64,000 nt of DNA from positions 496,001 to 560,000 of the forward strand of contig NC_087453.1 in the NCBI RefSeq assembly GCF_036321535.1. The letters are read 5' to 3'. The stretch comes from Camelus dromedarius. Lineage: Eukaryota. Position numbers and translations under genes: made by a program. Below, piece by piece: positions 48,861 to 61,560 of the stretch. Numbering within the stretch: position 1 is the first letter of the stretch; each line of letters begins with the position of its first letter. The notes beneath the pieces were generated by a model that saw only the letters and a list, made by a program, of their open reading frames with translations, searched no databases and had not been told where the DNA came from.

Positions 48861-51800
48861 AGTTAAATGACCCTCGCCCCAGTCCTAGAGCACAGCCTGT
48901 CTCCCTCCCACCTCCTGGACCCCCCCTTCCCGGGCTCTGGCCATTGCTTTGGGCCCTGGCCCCCAGCTGGTCTAGCCTGCCCCCACCTTTCCAGCTCTGT
49001 GGGGGCGGCGAGCAGCTGGACGATGGCCCCTGCGTTTCTGGTCCGTTTCTGCTGCTGCCACAGCCCTGGGCTGAGCCCTTCAGGCCGAGGCCCCGCAGTG
49101 CCCCTCTGCTCTGGCCTTCTCCGCTGAGGATGGGGCCTGCCCCTTCTCACCCAAGACAGGTTGGGGGTTTTTGCTTCTGCGTGCTCAGCCCTCCAACCAG
49201 ACGTGAGCCCCCGCGGGCACACGGTGGTACCCACAACAGGCTGCATGCCTTGAGCTTTCCAGCCCTTCAGGGACTTCACCGCGGGTGGGAAGCTGTGGAA
49301 CCCACCACCCATGACCCCTCACAGCCCTGGGGGCTCTGGAACCCACTCCCAGTTCTCAGCTCCAGCCTGCATCCAGCTGCTCGTGGGGCGTGGGGGAGGG
49401 AGGGAGGGAGAGTGGAAATCAGGGCAGGCAAAGGTGGGGGTTATTTCAGTGGATGAGGTAAAGAACTGCTGTCTGGAGAAGCCTCCGGTAGCTGGAGGTA
49501 AGGCCCTCTGGTTTGGGCAACCCCAGAATGTTCCCTGTTGTGGCTGGGCCCTGCCACACCCTGCCTCTTAGTCAGGAGGAGGATTTCCTTTTCAGTGTGG
49601 AAACCAGCTTTCCCCCTCCACCACACAACCTCCTCCAGGCCCCAGCCTCCCTCTGCAGGGGGGGAAGTCCCCCTGCATTCTCCCTGGCTCTTTGCCACTA
49701 GGCCCTGGCTGGGCAGTCTCGGCCCTGGTGGTCGGGAAGGTCTCGGGAGATCTGTGGGGGCTTCAGGGGGGCCACCAGGAAGAGCCCATAATCCTCTTGG
49801 CTGGGCTCTATATAACTTCACACCTCAGTCTGACTTTTCACTCAGCAGACGAAAAAGCCAAGGCCCCAGGAGGGGAGGGATCTGGGTGCCCCGGATGTGG
49901 CCCTTTATTGGTCTGGGTGGTGGGTCAAGGCTGCTGACTTCTAACTGTGACCTGCCTTGGGCAGCAGCGTGGCTGGGAGGACCCTCAGAGGAGAGCTACC
50001 TGGCCTAGGTGAGTTTTGGTCCTCCATCTCTTCCTGGCGTCCCCACGGACTGGACCCTGGCTGGTCACAGGGAAAAGGACAGTTCCAGGGGCTCTCCCTG
50101 CCACCTGTCCAGCTGGGCCTTTCATGGGCCTCCAAGATAACTGTGCTCACGGCGAGAGATGTGGCCCATACAAGTGAGGCCAGACCTCAGAGGAGAGGCA
50201 CATGGCCCCCCACTGCTCCCACCTCAACCCCACTTCACAGCCAGAGACCTTCGCTTCCCAGAGTCACCCACAGCTGTGCCCTGGCCAGCTTCCTGCCCCT
50301 CCAGGGCATTAGTTCTGGATCATGACTTTACTTAAATTTAAAATCAAGTTTAATTCTTACCACTTGCCATTTGCCCTCCCCTGCCCCCGTACACTCACCA
50401 AACCCTGAGCTTCGTAGTGGATGAGATGCACCAGGGCCATGTGGCTGGGTTATTGGCCATTTGGGTTCACGCAAGCTCCAGCCGTCACCTCTTCTCGGGG
50501 CCTCATAGAGCTGCCCGCTGTGTGGAGTGGCCTCTCCCCTCTGGTCTTAGCTCTCAGCCGGCCCCTGACCACACGCTTGCCTGGGATGGGCAACAGGGTG
50601 CCCTCCCCTCAGCTGACAAATTGCCTGGTGCCCGAGTATCTGCCCCTTATGCCCCCCCCCCCCGAGATGCTGGGCATCAGGCCCCTCCCCCAGAGAGGGG
50701 CAGCCCCCAGTGGGCTTGCAGCATGATTGGGTTCCATGTTTTGTGGTTCACGAAGGTGATTGGGGTGGTTGGGTGCCAGTTGTGTGCCCCAGGCTGAGGA
50801 CACTGAGGCCAACGGCACCTGCCTTTGTGGGTTCGTAGTGAGGACAGGAGAGCCAGGCAGGGGCACTGAAGGGGGCCTCTGGGTGAAACTGGGCCTGCCT
50901 GGACCGTGCACCACGCTGTTCACTCAATGCTCGGGTTGGCGAGGCACCTTCTGTGTATGTGTAGCTCAGCGAGGCATGGGGGTGGCTTGGGGAGTCAGAT
51001 GGGGGCTCCTTCTGGCAGAGGGGCCAGACCAGAGGGCAGGGCCCCTCCTTGGTGAGCAGGGACAGGAGGCGGAGTGTCAGGCTTAAGCTGAGGGCCAAGC
51101 AAGGAGGCGCTGGGGCAGGGCCAGCACAGACACTCTGAGACCCAGTTCTCAGAGCTGGGCAAGGGCAGGGCGGCGGGTGTGCTGGACAGGCAGGTAGCCA
51201 GGCCTCCTCACTGGGGCCCTGAGGGGTCACTGATAAGGCAGACTGGTCAGTGCGATTGACAGCAGGAGGATGGGACATTCTGGCAAGAATGTTCCAGTCT
51301 TGTCTCGCTCTGAAGGACCCTTAGCCACAGGGCTCTGCCCCTTCCCTGGATTCCCGTGTCCCTGTGGCTGGCAGCCAGGTGTGTGGGCATCTTGTGGTGT
51401 GCCCCTTGCTGGTGCCTCCAACAGGACTGGGGTTCCGGGGCCTGGAGCTGGAGAGGCTGGCGTGAGGCGCCAGCCCAGGACCATGGACAGCTCATATGGT
51501 CAGGACGCAAGGTTTGGTGAGGGGTCTGCTCAGAATCCTGGGCCTGGTGGTTGCTCAGGATGGGGCACAGCTCAGGGAATGAGGGCAGGTGCCATTCCTG
51601 AGGGCCCGTGGGACGGACGCAGTGTACCCTGGGGGGAGTGGGGAGCAGCAATATGGGAGGTGAGATCCCAGTTGGGCTGGGACCCCTGGGGCAGACTTAT
51701 CCTATGGCAGGGTCTGAACAGAGAGCAGGGACATGGGTCTGCCCTGGAGAACAGGGTCAGCTTAGCACCCCCTGACCAGGGCAGGAGGGCCACCAGGGCT

Positions 51801-54089
51801 TCTGCTGGGAGGGGCTTGGGACTGGAGAGAGCCCTGGTGCACTGGGCTGTGGGTGTGGGGAGGTTGAAGTCAGGCCCTCTCTGCTGGCAGGGAGCAGAGG
51901 AGATGTCTCAGTGACTCCCCGGGGGTGGGTGAGCTTGTGACACCCTAGTCACTCATGCGGGCCTCACAGCCTGGTGGTCCTGCGCCTGGGGCCTCGGCAG
52001 CCTCTCCTCCCACAGAGCTCATGAACAGTGCTGGGCCCCTGGGACGACACTGATGCAGCCACACCCAGCGCCTGCTCCTCGTGGGACCCAGGCCTTGCCT
52101 CCCGGCGCCTCCCTGGGCCTGGCTCGGGCCTGGTCAGCTGGGGAGAAGGGAAGTGCTGGGTGGCTGGGATCCTGACACCCCTTCTCCATTCTTCAGGAAA
52201 CCATGGAGCCCCCTCCACCTGCTGCCCCTGCCCCGGGCAGAGCTCACCTCCTGGGTGGACTGGAAGCTTTGGACCCTCGTGAGAGAGACCTGGAGGAGTT
52301 CTCAGGCTGTCCTCTGCACCTCCGGGAGCTGACACTTCCTGGGGACAGTTGCTGCCTCTTCCATGCTCAGAGCATGGCACGCCTCAATTAAGTTCTGTTC
52401 TATCCACTCCGGTTCCCCTGGCTCCAGCCGGCAGGGCTCCCCTAGCCTGTTGAGGCCACGTGACACCCTGCGCTGGGCGCGGACGTGTGCTGGGTGCGAG
52501 CACGGGGCAGAGCCTGTGAGCGTGTGCTCGGGGCTGAGGGCAAGGCTGGGGTCACCCTGTGGCAGGCCCGGTCAGGGAGCCTGGGCGGGTAGGGCACTCG
52601 GCTGTGACCCTCCGTGGCCACTTCCCGTCTGGGACTCCTGCTTGCACAAGTGTCACAAGCTGAGGTCTTGGGAGCAGAGGCTGGGACAGAGGCTGGGATG
52701 CAGGATGTGTGTTGATGACCCACACATGGGAAAGGGCTCAGTAGGGGGACATGTCAGCTCAGGTGCTGGCCCGCCGTTGGGGGTGACCTGCATGAGGCCC
52801 CACGTGGCCACCTGGGGAAGCAGCCCTGGGCACGGCGGCTCTGTGGCCAAGGCCTGCCCTAAAGGAGCCAGCAGTGGGGCCGTCTGCAGACCATTCCCGG
52901 CTGGGCACCTCCCCTGAAGGCGCACTGATGAGTGTGTCTCCCACCTCCCCAGGCCACCTTCCAGCTGCCTGCTTGGCCAGCCTGCCCCAGTCCACCCCAC
53001 TCTCAACCTCACCGATGGTGACTTCAATAACAGGCAACCTGAAGAGAGGGTTTTTTTAAGTGAACGTGTAAAAGCTGCGTGTACTAAGCTAGGAAGGTGG
53101 GGGCTCTGCCAGTCCCTCCCCAGAGCTGGGTCAGCGGTCTTGAGGGGGATGGGGGCACGTCCTGGTGAGACTGGGGAAAAGGGTGGGGTTTCGGGGTCTC
53201 AGGTTCCCTCTGTCCATCCCCAGCCTGTGTGTGGACCATCTGGGATGACCCCAAGGTGGCCACACACCCGTCTGGCGTCCTTGGAGTTGCTGAGTTGACC
53301 TCAGGGACGCTGTCTTGCTGGCTGCCCTAGGAGTGGCTCTAGCCCTGGGGGAAGGCGGGCTCTGGAGCCCCGAGGCCTGGGATGGAACCCGCCTGCCCAC
53401 GCTGGCTGCCCCGCCTCAGGGGGGCTACTTCAGAGTGGGCGGTAACGACAAGGTCTGGCACGGGCTGAGCTCGGGGGAGAGAGGTCAGCCCTTCCCTTCC
53501 ACCAGCCCCGAGGGAATGGTGGCCCGCCTGCTTGGAGGCTTGTCTGGGGCTCAAGGTGGGCAGGGCTGGGCCCGGGGTCAGGACGTAGCACCTGAGCCTC
53601 CAGCCACCTGGGAAGTGGGGACAGGAAAACCCTTGGGAGGGCCAGAGATGTTTCCCATCAGGATGGCGTCCAGCCCCGCCCTACCTTCGGGTCAGACGAT
53701 GCCTCCCTGGGTGGTAGCTGCGGCTGGGCCCTCGAGCAGGAGCTGAGCCTCTGTCGGTGATGTCAATGTTCTCAGAAGAAATGAAGCTACTGACTAGTAC
53801 TTAATGAGAGCTCATCACGGGGGTCGCTTTGTGTGGCCAGAGGGTTCCTCGGGGAGCCGCAGCCGGCCACCGCCACTCCCCAGTTTCCTCGTCTGTGAGA
53901 CAGGACGCGCGTGACTCGTGGGACTTGGTGTGGATGCGTAGACCAGGGCCCAGCTCAAAGCAGGTGCTCCGTGGAGGTCAGGTGTGGTCACCAGCTGCAG
54001 CGCTGTTCCCACCAAAGATGACCCCATCGGTTTTCCTGCTGGTTTAGTCAAATCTGTGAGAGCCAGGCTTGGACCCACTGTGTCCCCAA

Positions 54090-56500
54090 TGGCTAAGAGA
54101 GATCAGCCCTGACAGGCATACGAGAAATACATTTGAGGAAAAGGTGAGCCGTGTAGTAAGAGATACTACAGATTCCCAGCACGAAGGAGTGAGGAGGTCA
54201 AAAAACTTCCTCTCCAAAAAGCAAATATGAACCTTGGAAAAACTGTCAGAAACAAGCATTTCAGTGCCCTGGAATTCAGCTCAAGGTGTACAGCAAACCA
54301 CAAAGTGTTCATTCTTCAAAGACACTGAACTTTGGGATAAGAGCTAAAATCACTCGGCATAAAAGCACCAGGGAAACCTCAGGAAGTGGCACTGGAGGGA
54401 CGAACCCTGACGCTGAGGGGACCTGACGAAGGCTTTAAAGCAGTGCTTGTGGAAATGCACCAGCTGGCAGCCGTGAGCACGCCGGTCAAATGATGGACAA
54501 TGAGCTTTGGTAGACCCACTCGTGATGAAAACTCAGCAAGCCAGGAAGGGAAAAGGGCGTCCTTGATCTTGTAAAGAGCGTCAGTGGAGAGCTCACACCA
54601 GCCAGCTCCCAGTGAGCAAGGCCACGTGTGCTTGAGGGAGAGAGACAGACTCCCTCCCCGGGGCGGGGCTCTCTCGCTAGGCTTACCCAGCACCCCCCGG
54701 AGGCCTTAGCGGTACAGTGGGGCAAGAGAAAGACATAGGGGCACACAGATCAAAAGTGAGGAACGAAACTGTGCCGCTTCACAGACAACTTGGTGGCCCG
54801 TCGTCAAGGAACCCCACCAAAAGACTGAGCAAATGAGATCAGCAGGATACGAAGTCAACACACAAAAACCAGCCGTGTCCTTGCATACTAGTGATTTACA
54901 ATGAGAAGCAGAAATTTCAAAAATACCGTTTATAATGGCTACCCTCTGCTATGGAACACTGAAGTATAAACCTGACAAAACATGTCTAGGGTTTGTACGC
55001 CGAGAACTAACTGCTAATGAAAGAAATCAAAGAAGGCCTAAGTAAGTGGAAACACAGCAGAACAGACACCCGTTCCCTCCAAACTGATGTCCAGATTTAA
55101 TATAGTTTTGATAAAAATCTCAGCGAAATTTTTGAAGCCGTAGATCCTAAACCTGGGGGTTTGCCAGTGTCAGTGGATCATCCCACGCAAGAAAAAAAGT
55201 GGGTGCATCGGACTTCATCAAAATTAAAAGCTTTGGTACTATGAATGGCTGTTAAGTAAATAAAAAGACAAGCCACAGACGGGGAGAAAATACTTGCAAA
55301 CCAACTACCTGACAAAGGACTTGTATCCGGAAGACATAAAGAGCCCTCAAAGCTCAACGCTGAGAGAATAAACAAGCCACTTAGAATCGGGCTAAGGGTC
55401 CGAACGGACGCTTCTCCAGAGGAGGTACACAGATGGCCATACGCGCGGAACGATGCTCAGCATCGTCAGTCTTCAGGGAAATGCAGATCAAACCACAGCG
55501 AGAGACCACTTCACACTCACAGACGAACTCTGATCAGAAACACAGACCAGTCACGAGTGCGGGTGAGGCTGTGGAGGTGCTGGAGCCCTCCCGCCCGGCC
55601 GCCAGGGACGTGAAAAGGTGCAGCCGCTGTGGGAAGCCGGCTGGCAGTTTCTTGAAAGATCACAGGCACCACAAGACCCAGGAGTTTTGTTCCTAGATGT
55701 CCACCCAGGAAAGATGAACAGATACCCACCCAGAAAGCTCGGACAGGACTGGCGTGGCAGCACCATCCCTCCTAGCTAAAAAGCAGAAACGACTCGAATG
55801 CCCATCAACTGGAAAGTGATGACAAGAATGTGGTACGACTGTACGACGACGTGTTACGCGCAGCCCATGCGCTCGGGCCCAGCCAGAGGGGAGAGACCTG
55901 CTTGCTTACTTCTTAGGAGAAAAGGCTGCAACCTACAGCAACGCCTACTCCAGGCCCGACCGAGGAAAGTTAAAGCTGAGTCCCGCAGAGAGCTTTGCGG
56001 GGGCAGAGACTGGAGTCTGAGTGTCACCGAGTCGAGGGCCTGGGAGGCACTTCGAGGTTCCCAGGTCAGCAGCAGCGCGTGAGCACAAACAGCCACTGGG
56101 ACGTGAACCAGCGGTCTCCCAAGGAGTCCGGAGGAGTCGGGACCCGGGGTCTTCACAGGATGCTCAGTATGCAGCCCCAAATCACCAGACGTGCAAAAAA
56201 AATAGGACAATTTCCTCTTCGTCGAGGAAGAACACCAGCTATCTGTTTCCCCTTGGCTATAAATTAACCTGTCATTGCCTGCTCTGCGAAAATAGATCTG
56301 CTCGCTGTAAAGGAGGAATGCTTACCATGGTTTTGTTCGGTGTCACCGACCAGGTATCAGAGGGGGATCTTACAGCCAAGAGGCAGTGAATGAAAGACTG
56401 GCGTGATGTACATACAGCTGTGTGTGCGGCAAATGGAAATATGCACACAGGTGGGACGCAGGGAGGTTCTGAGCAGCTTTATTGGCTGTAGCCCCAAGCT
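54090..56500 (+). mobile_element. Old, fragmented L1 relic (5' part plus ORF2 C-terminal and 3' part), sense orientation
   Basis: GACTTCATCAAAATTAAAAGCTTT, AAAAGACAAGCCACAGACGGGGAGAAAATACTTGCAAAC and GGGAAATGCAGATCAAACCACAGCGAGAGACCACTTCACA match recalled L1 ORF2-end sequence. No intact ORF. Confidence 0.8.
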
Positions 56501-58689
56501 GGAAGTGGAATGCCACCCAGCAGCAAAAATAAACTAACAGCTCCCCTGCGCAGCAGCCTGGGCACAGCCGTCAGCATGATGGCAGGTGAGGGAAACCGCC
56601 CAGAGGATACACACCGTGCACACCATCCCCGCAGAGCTCAAGCAGGCCGTGCTGTCTGCGCGGGAGGAGCCAAGGTAGCCGGTGCTCTCCAGGGCGGGAG
56701 GGCGGGGCTGTTTCCCGACTTGGGGGCGGGGCCCATTTGTAACTTGTTTCTCTAGGTCTGTTCAGGGACAAGCTGGGGCACTGTCCCCCTCAGTCCCCCT
56801 CCCATCCTTTGCCCCGCCCGCCATCTCCGGCATCAGCCCATCCCAAGAGGCCCCAGCGTCTCTGGGGCTCCCCAGGCTGGGTTATTCCCAACTGCCCAAT
56901 TGAGGGGAGCTCCGTTCAGAGAGGAGAAAACACGGGCTCAGAGATGCTAACGAGCTTCACGTTCCCCTGGGCAACTCCTGCCTGGAGATGCACCCCTTGA
57001 ACCTGGGGGTGGGGAGGCTGGCTGAGCGCTGAGGCCTCGCCTCCCCCACTCCAGGGCTCCGGGGTGGTGCCGGTGCCAGGGCACCTGGATCCAGCCGCAG
57101 GAGGAGCTGGCCTGTCCCTTCTTGGCCCCTGAGGCTGATCCCCGCCCCCCCCATCTCTGGTTGGCCTCCCAGCCTGCAATGGACCAAATAGGGGGCCTGG
57201 CCGCTCCTTCTCCTTAGCTCCAGGCTGGAGCCCCTGGCCCTGGGCGCCGGCCCACCAGACCCCCTCTCTGCTCCCTAGAAGCCGGTGGTGGCCTGGGGTC
57301 ATGAGCAGGGCTGCGCTCAGACGTCTGAGGGCTCCTGTGGGGTGAGGGCCTGGGGAGGAGCCCGCAGGGGCCACCTACTCCTTCGGCACGGTGATGGTTC
57401 CCTGCGCGCTGCAGGTACAGGTGGCCCCAGCTCAGGTGGGGGTGGGGCAGGCCAGGCAGCCCCTCCCCCTCTCTGAGGAGCTGTGAGCCCCTCTCCAGGC
57501 CTCCTTCCCTAGGTGACTCAGGTTGGCCTCACACCCTCCCAGACACTCAGGGTGGAGTGTTTGGGAGCCTGGATTGTCCAGTAAGTCACCCCAACTCCCC
57601 ATTTCATTTGGCCCAGGGACTGAGCACAGCCCCGGCAGGCTGTGCAGCCTTGACTGGCCTTGGGGTCCAGCTGGTGTACACATGGCCCCGCCCCGCCCAG
57701 CCCAGCCCCCCTTCTCTGATTAGGGGCCGTGACCTTGCTTTTCTGAGGGAAGCTCTGTAGCCAAGAGCTCTTCTTTGCCATGGAGACCACTTAATTTTCT
57801 GCCTCAAGGGCAGCTCAGACCCCTGGGCTGGAGAGCTGGGGGCAGGGAACGTGTCTCTGAGGCCATCTGAGGTCCTGCTGCCCAGGCAGGCTGGGAGACT
57901 GACCCTCACGTGAGGATGTGCGCCTGATGCTCAGGGGTCAGAGGGCAGCCCGCGGCCCAAGGCCAGAGGTGAGGTCATTCTGAGACACTCCGCCCCCAAG
58001 CCCCACCTGCTGGCCAAGGCCCCCCAGGAAGGCGGCACAGGTAGAAAGCTCTGCATTGGCAGGTTATTATTAACCTGGCCCGCGGTGACATCACTCGTAG
58101 CCAATGGAAGGCGGGTTTATTTCCAGGGCTGACAGCTTGATAACGGTTAATTTTAGCTGGATCTTCTTTCCCCAGGCTCGTGAAACCCTCGCAGTCCAGC
58201 CAAGAGGGGGCTGCCTGTGTTGCCCCAAACAGCTCCCGGCTGGGCCTGGGAGCTACCGGGGCGGGGCCAAGGAGGTGGGGCGGGGCCTGCACCCTTCCTA
58301 CTGGGAGGCTGCCCTAGCCTGGTTGGCTGGAGTGCCTCCCTCCCTCATTCCACCGCCCGTGCCCTGGGCTGCTTGGGGCTGCTGTGACCATTGGCTCAGA
58401 CGTGGGAGAAAGCCGCTGTGGCTGGGGTGGTGAAGCCTGACCTTGAGGAGGGGCGGAGCCTGGGTGGGACCCTGGAGGGCTCGTCTAGAAGTAACAGGGG
58501 CCTGGCTCAAGCCTTCCGAGCCAGCTGCAAGCCCGGCCTCCTTGCTCTGTGGCCTTGGGCCCTGTGCTCTGCCTCTCTGTGTCCAGCTGGCTCTTGGCCC
58601 ACGGGTCCTCAGGCTGCCTGGGAGACCCCCCAGCACTCGGTGAACTTGCAAGGCTTGGTGACTGTGGCAATTCAGTACATGACATAGTA

Positions 58690-58930
58690 AGTGGTATTGC
58701 TTAGTAGTTAGTAGTTATTCAGTACTAGTTAGTGACTAGCAGTAAGTTAGTACTATTCACTAGTTACTAAGTACAAATCAGTCACTAGTAGACATTAAGT
58801 GCTACTTCATAGTTAGTAGCTGTTTAGCAGTTATTTGCACCACGCAGTGGTGGCAGCTGTCTGCTAGTTATTTATATGACGCAGTGGTTAGGAGCTGCTG
58901 ACCAGTTACTTGTGCCATGCCTCGGTTAGT
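58690..58930. repeat. Degenerate TAG/TAGT-rich low-complexity tract
   Basis: ttagtagttagtagttattcagtactagttagtgactagcagtaagttagtac..., AT-rich in a GC-rich setting. Confidence 0.7.
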
Positions 58931-60949
58931 AGGTGAGCACTGCTGGTGTGTCAGTATTTAGCATCATACCTTCCTTAGTCTCACTGCCTGCATGAGCCCG
59001 AGTGTCTCCAGACGGCCCAGCGGCCTGGGCCTCCGGGGCCCCGGAGGCAGTCCGGCTGATGGGCACGTCCTGGGGACACGGAGTCCCTTTGGAGAAACCA
59101 CTGGAGACCCCTTGCCAGGGCCAGCGAGGGAGTACACTGCATTCCACCAGCAGTGGCCACTGCTCTGGGCAGCCGGGCCTCCCAGCACAGACTAGCCCTT
59201 GGCACGGGCACTCCACTGCGGTTTGATTCCTGCCAACTGTCAGCTGTGGGTGAGGGGGTGGAGAGGTGAGGCTCAGACCTGTGTAGGGGGTGTCTGATGG
59301 ACACCCTCTGAGGCTGCAGGTAGCTGGTGGTCCCTCGGGGGGAGTTGGGGTGGCATCCACAGGGACCCAGGCCTCCTGCCCTCTTGGTCTGTCCCATCCC
59401 AGCCTCAGCCAGTCACGCCAACTCCCAAATCCTGCCTAACCTTCAGCAGGAGGGGGACGTGGTAAATATAGAGGCCAGCTGGGCAGGGTGGGGCGGGTCA
59501 CGCCTTCTCTGCAGGCGTTTATTTTTAATTCCTGGCTCCCGTTTGATGGTATCAGCAGCACTTGGACGGGCCGGGTCACTTGCAAGCTGCTCCCTGCCTG
59601 TTCTGTGAGGCAGACTCTGGGACAGTCCGGCAGGAGGGCCCCTCCCCTCCCTGAGAGACCCTCCCCATGGGCTGGGGAGACCTGCTCGGCCCCAGCCACT
59701 GCCCCAGGCCCGTCTTTACCTCCTGACCTGGTGGAGGTCCCATCTCTGGGGCTCTCCTTGGGCACTGCCCATCAGAAGGTGCTAGGCACAAGGCCTCTGC
59801 TCTCACCCACTCAACACACATTTTTTGAGACCCTGCCTGACCCTGTCCTGGACCCTGTGGTTACAAAGCTGGCAAAGATGCAAGCGTCCTCCGCATCTGA
59901 GGCAGACAGGAGGGGTGGCCACGGGGAGATGCCGTCATGGGTGAACTGACAAGATCAGAGGTCCCTGGTAGAGGCCCACAACGTTGGTCTTCGCTAACCC
60001 ATTCCCCTCCTCAGAGTCTGTTTTGGCCACTGCGCTGGTATGACCAGGATCCTCAGTGACCATCGCACTTCTGACAGACTGGCTGTGGTTCGGCACTGTG
60101 ACCCCACCAGGGCCAGGAGTGAGGGAGGCCGAGGGGCCACAGCCTGGAACTCTGTCTGGGAGCTGATTGTTTCACTGGCAAACTCTGCTTCCCTGGGAAC
60201 CCTCGCCCATGCGTGCAGACTAGCGCAGCCCTTGAAGACTTCGGTGGGCCCTCAGGGTGGACTTAAAGTATTCCGTGCACTCAGGGGGGCCCCGGGTGGA
60301 AAACAGTTCTTTCCAGGGGCCTCTGAGGGAGGTGGTCTGACTGGGCCTGCTGATGGCACCTCAGGCCACGTGGCCAGCGGAGGGGACCCTGGAGGTCCCT
60401 GTTCGGGGCCAAATCATGGGGCAGATAGGGAGAACCTGGCTTTGAGGGCCTGTTGGGGTGAGCCCGTGTGGCAGGTACGTTGAGGCAGGGGTGCTGGGAA
60501 CAAGCCGATTCTGGGGTCTCACCAGGAGGGCCTGAACCCCCAGGCCACCTCCGGTAGAAGTCTCAGAACACAGCTCCATTTGAAAATCAGGCACCAAGGA
60601 CATCCAGGGCCAGCCCTGGCCCTGGGAGATGCAGGCAGGACAGCTGTCCAGACCCCCGACCTCAGCAACCCCCTCCCAGACCTGACCGGTTCTTCCCCTG
60701 CCCCACCTGCCCCCTCCCTGGACCAGCCCCATCCGCGGGCCTCCTTTTATGATTAAAATGTCTTTCTGTCTTGTGCGGGGCCCACTGCTCCTGTCTCCAT
60801 GTCCCTGAGCCTGGTGCCTCAGTCTCCGCTTTATCTGTCCTCCGCCTCTGGCTGTGTGTCTCTCCCGGTGCCTCTCTCCATCTCCGCCCCTCCCTCCCTC
60901 TGTCTCCCTCTCCGGGTCCCCACCCCTCCCCTGCCTCCGATGGTGTTTC

Positions 60950-61560
60950 TCTCCCCGCGCGCCCTTCCTCGGGGGCTCTTCTCTGCCTCTGTAGCTCGCT
61001 CCCTCGCCGCATCCCCTTCTCACGCCCCTGCCGCTCCCGCAAGCGTCCTCGGGCCGCCGTCCCTGCATCCCTGCATCCCTGCATCCCTGCGTCCCCGCCC
61101 CCGGCCCCGCCCGCGCGGGTACCGCATTGCCGTACTGCAGGGGCGCAGTGCATTGCGCCTGCTCCGTCAATAGGTGGACCCCCTCCTGGAGAGATAAAAC
61201 CGCCGGCGCCGGCGCTGCCAGTCCCTCTGGCTGAGACCTCGGCTCTGGGTAAGGACGCTGGGCCTCCGGGTCCCCGCCCCCGCGCCCAGCTTTCCGCAGA
61301 GGGTCCTTTCCCTGGGGACCGGCCCTAGGGGCAGAGAGGGGCCAGGCTCGGCGCCTGGCGAGGCTGCGCTGCTCACCGCGGAGATCGGCCGCCGGCCTCG
61401 CACTCCCGGACCCGGCGCGGGTGGTCAGTCGCCGGGCGTGGGGTGGGGGCACAGGGGTGGCGTTTATTTACGCGGCAGCTGCCGCGGGGGCTGGTCTCCT
61501 GGGCTGCTGCGATCGCCCTGCAGCTGTGACCTTGGGAACACCTGGGGCCCTGCGGGATTG
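60950..61560 (+). promoter_or_regulatory. EEF1A2 CpG island, TATA-like GATAAAA (61193-61199) and non-coding exon 1 (ends 61248)
   Basis: CAGTCCCTCTGGCTGAGACCTCGGCTC matches the recalled EEF1A2 5' UTR and is followed by a strong donor GG|GTAAGG. Confidence 0.75.
61061..61092 (+). repeat. (CCCTGCAT)x4 tandem repeat in the EEF1A2 proximal promoter
   Basis: ccctgcat ccctgcat ccctgcat ccctgcgt, directly visible. Confidence 0.85.

Noticed and set aside
60361-61452. 363-aa minus-strand ORF over the EEF1A2 promoter
   Set aside because: CpG-island composition yields stop-poor frames. No domain or coding signature.
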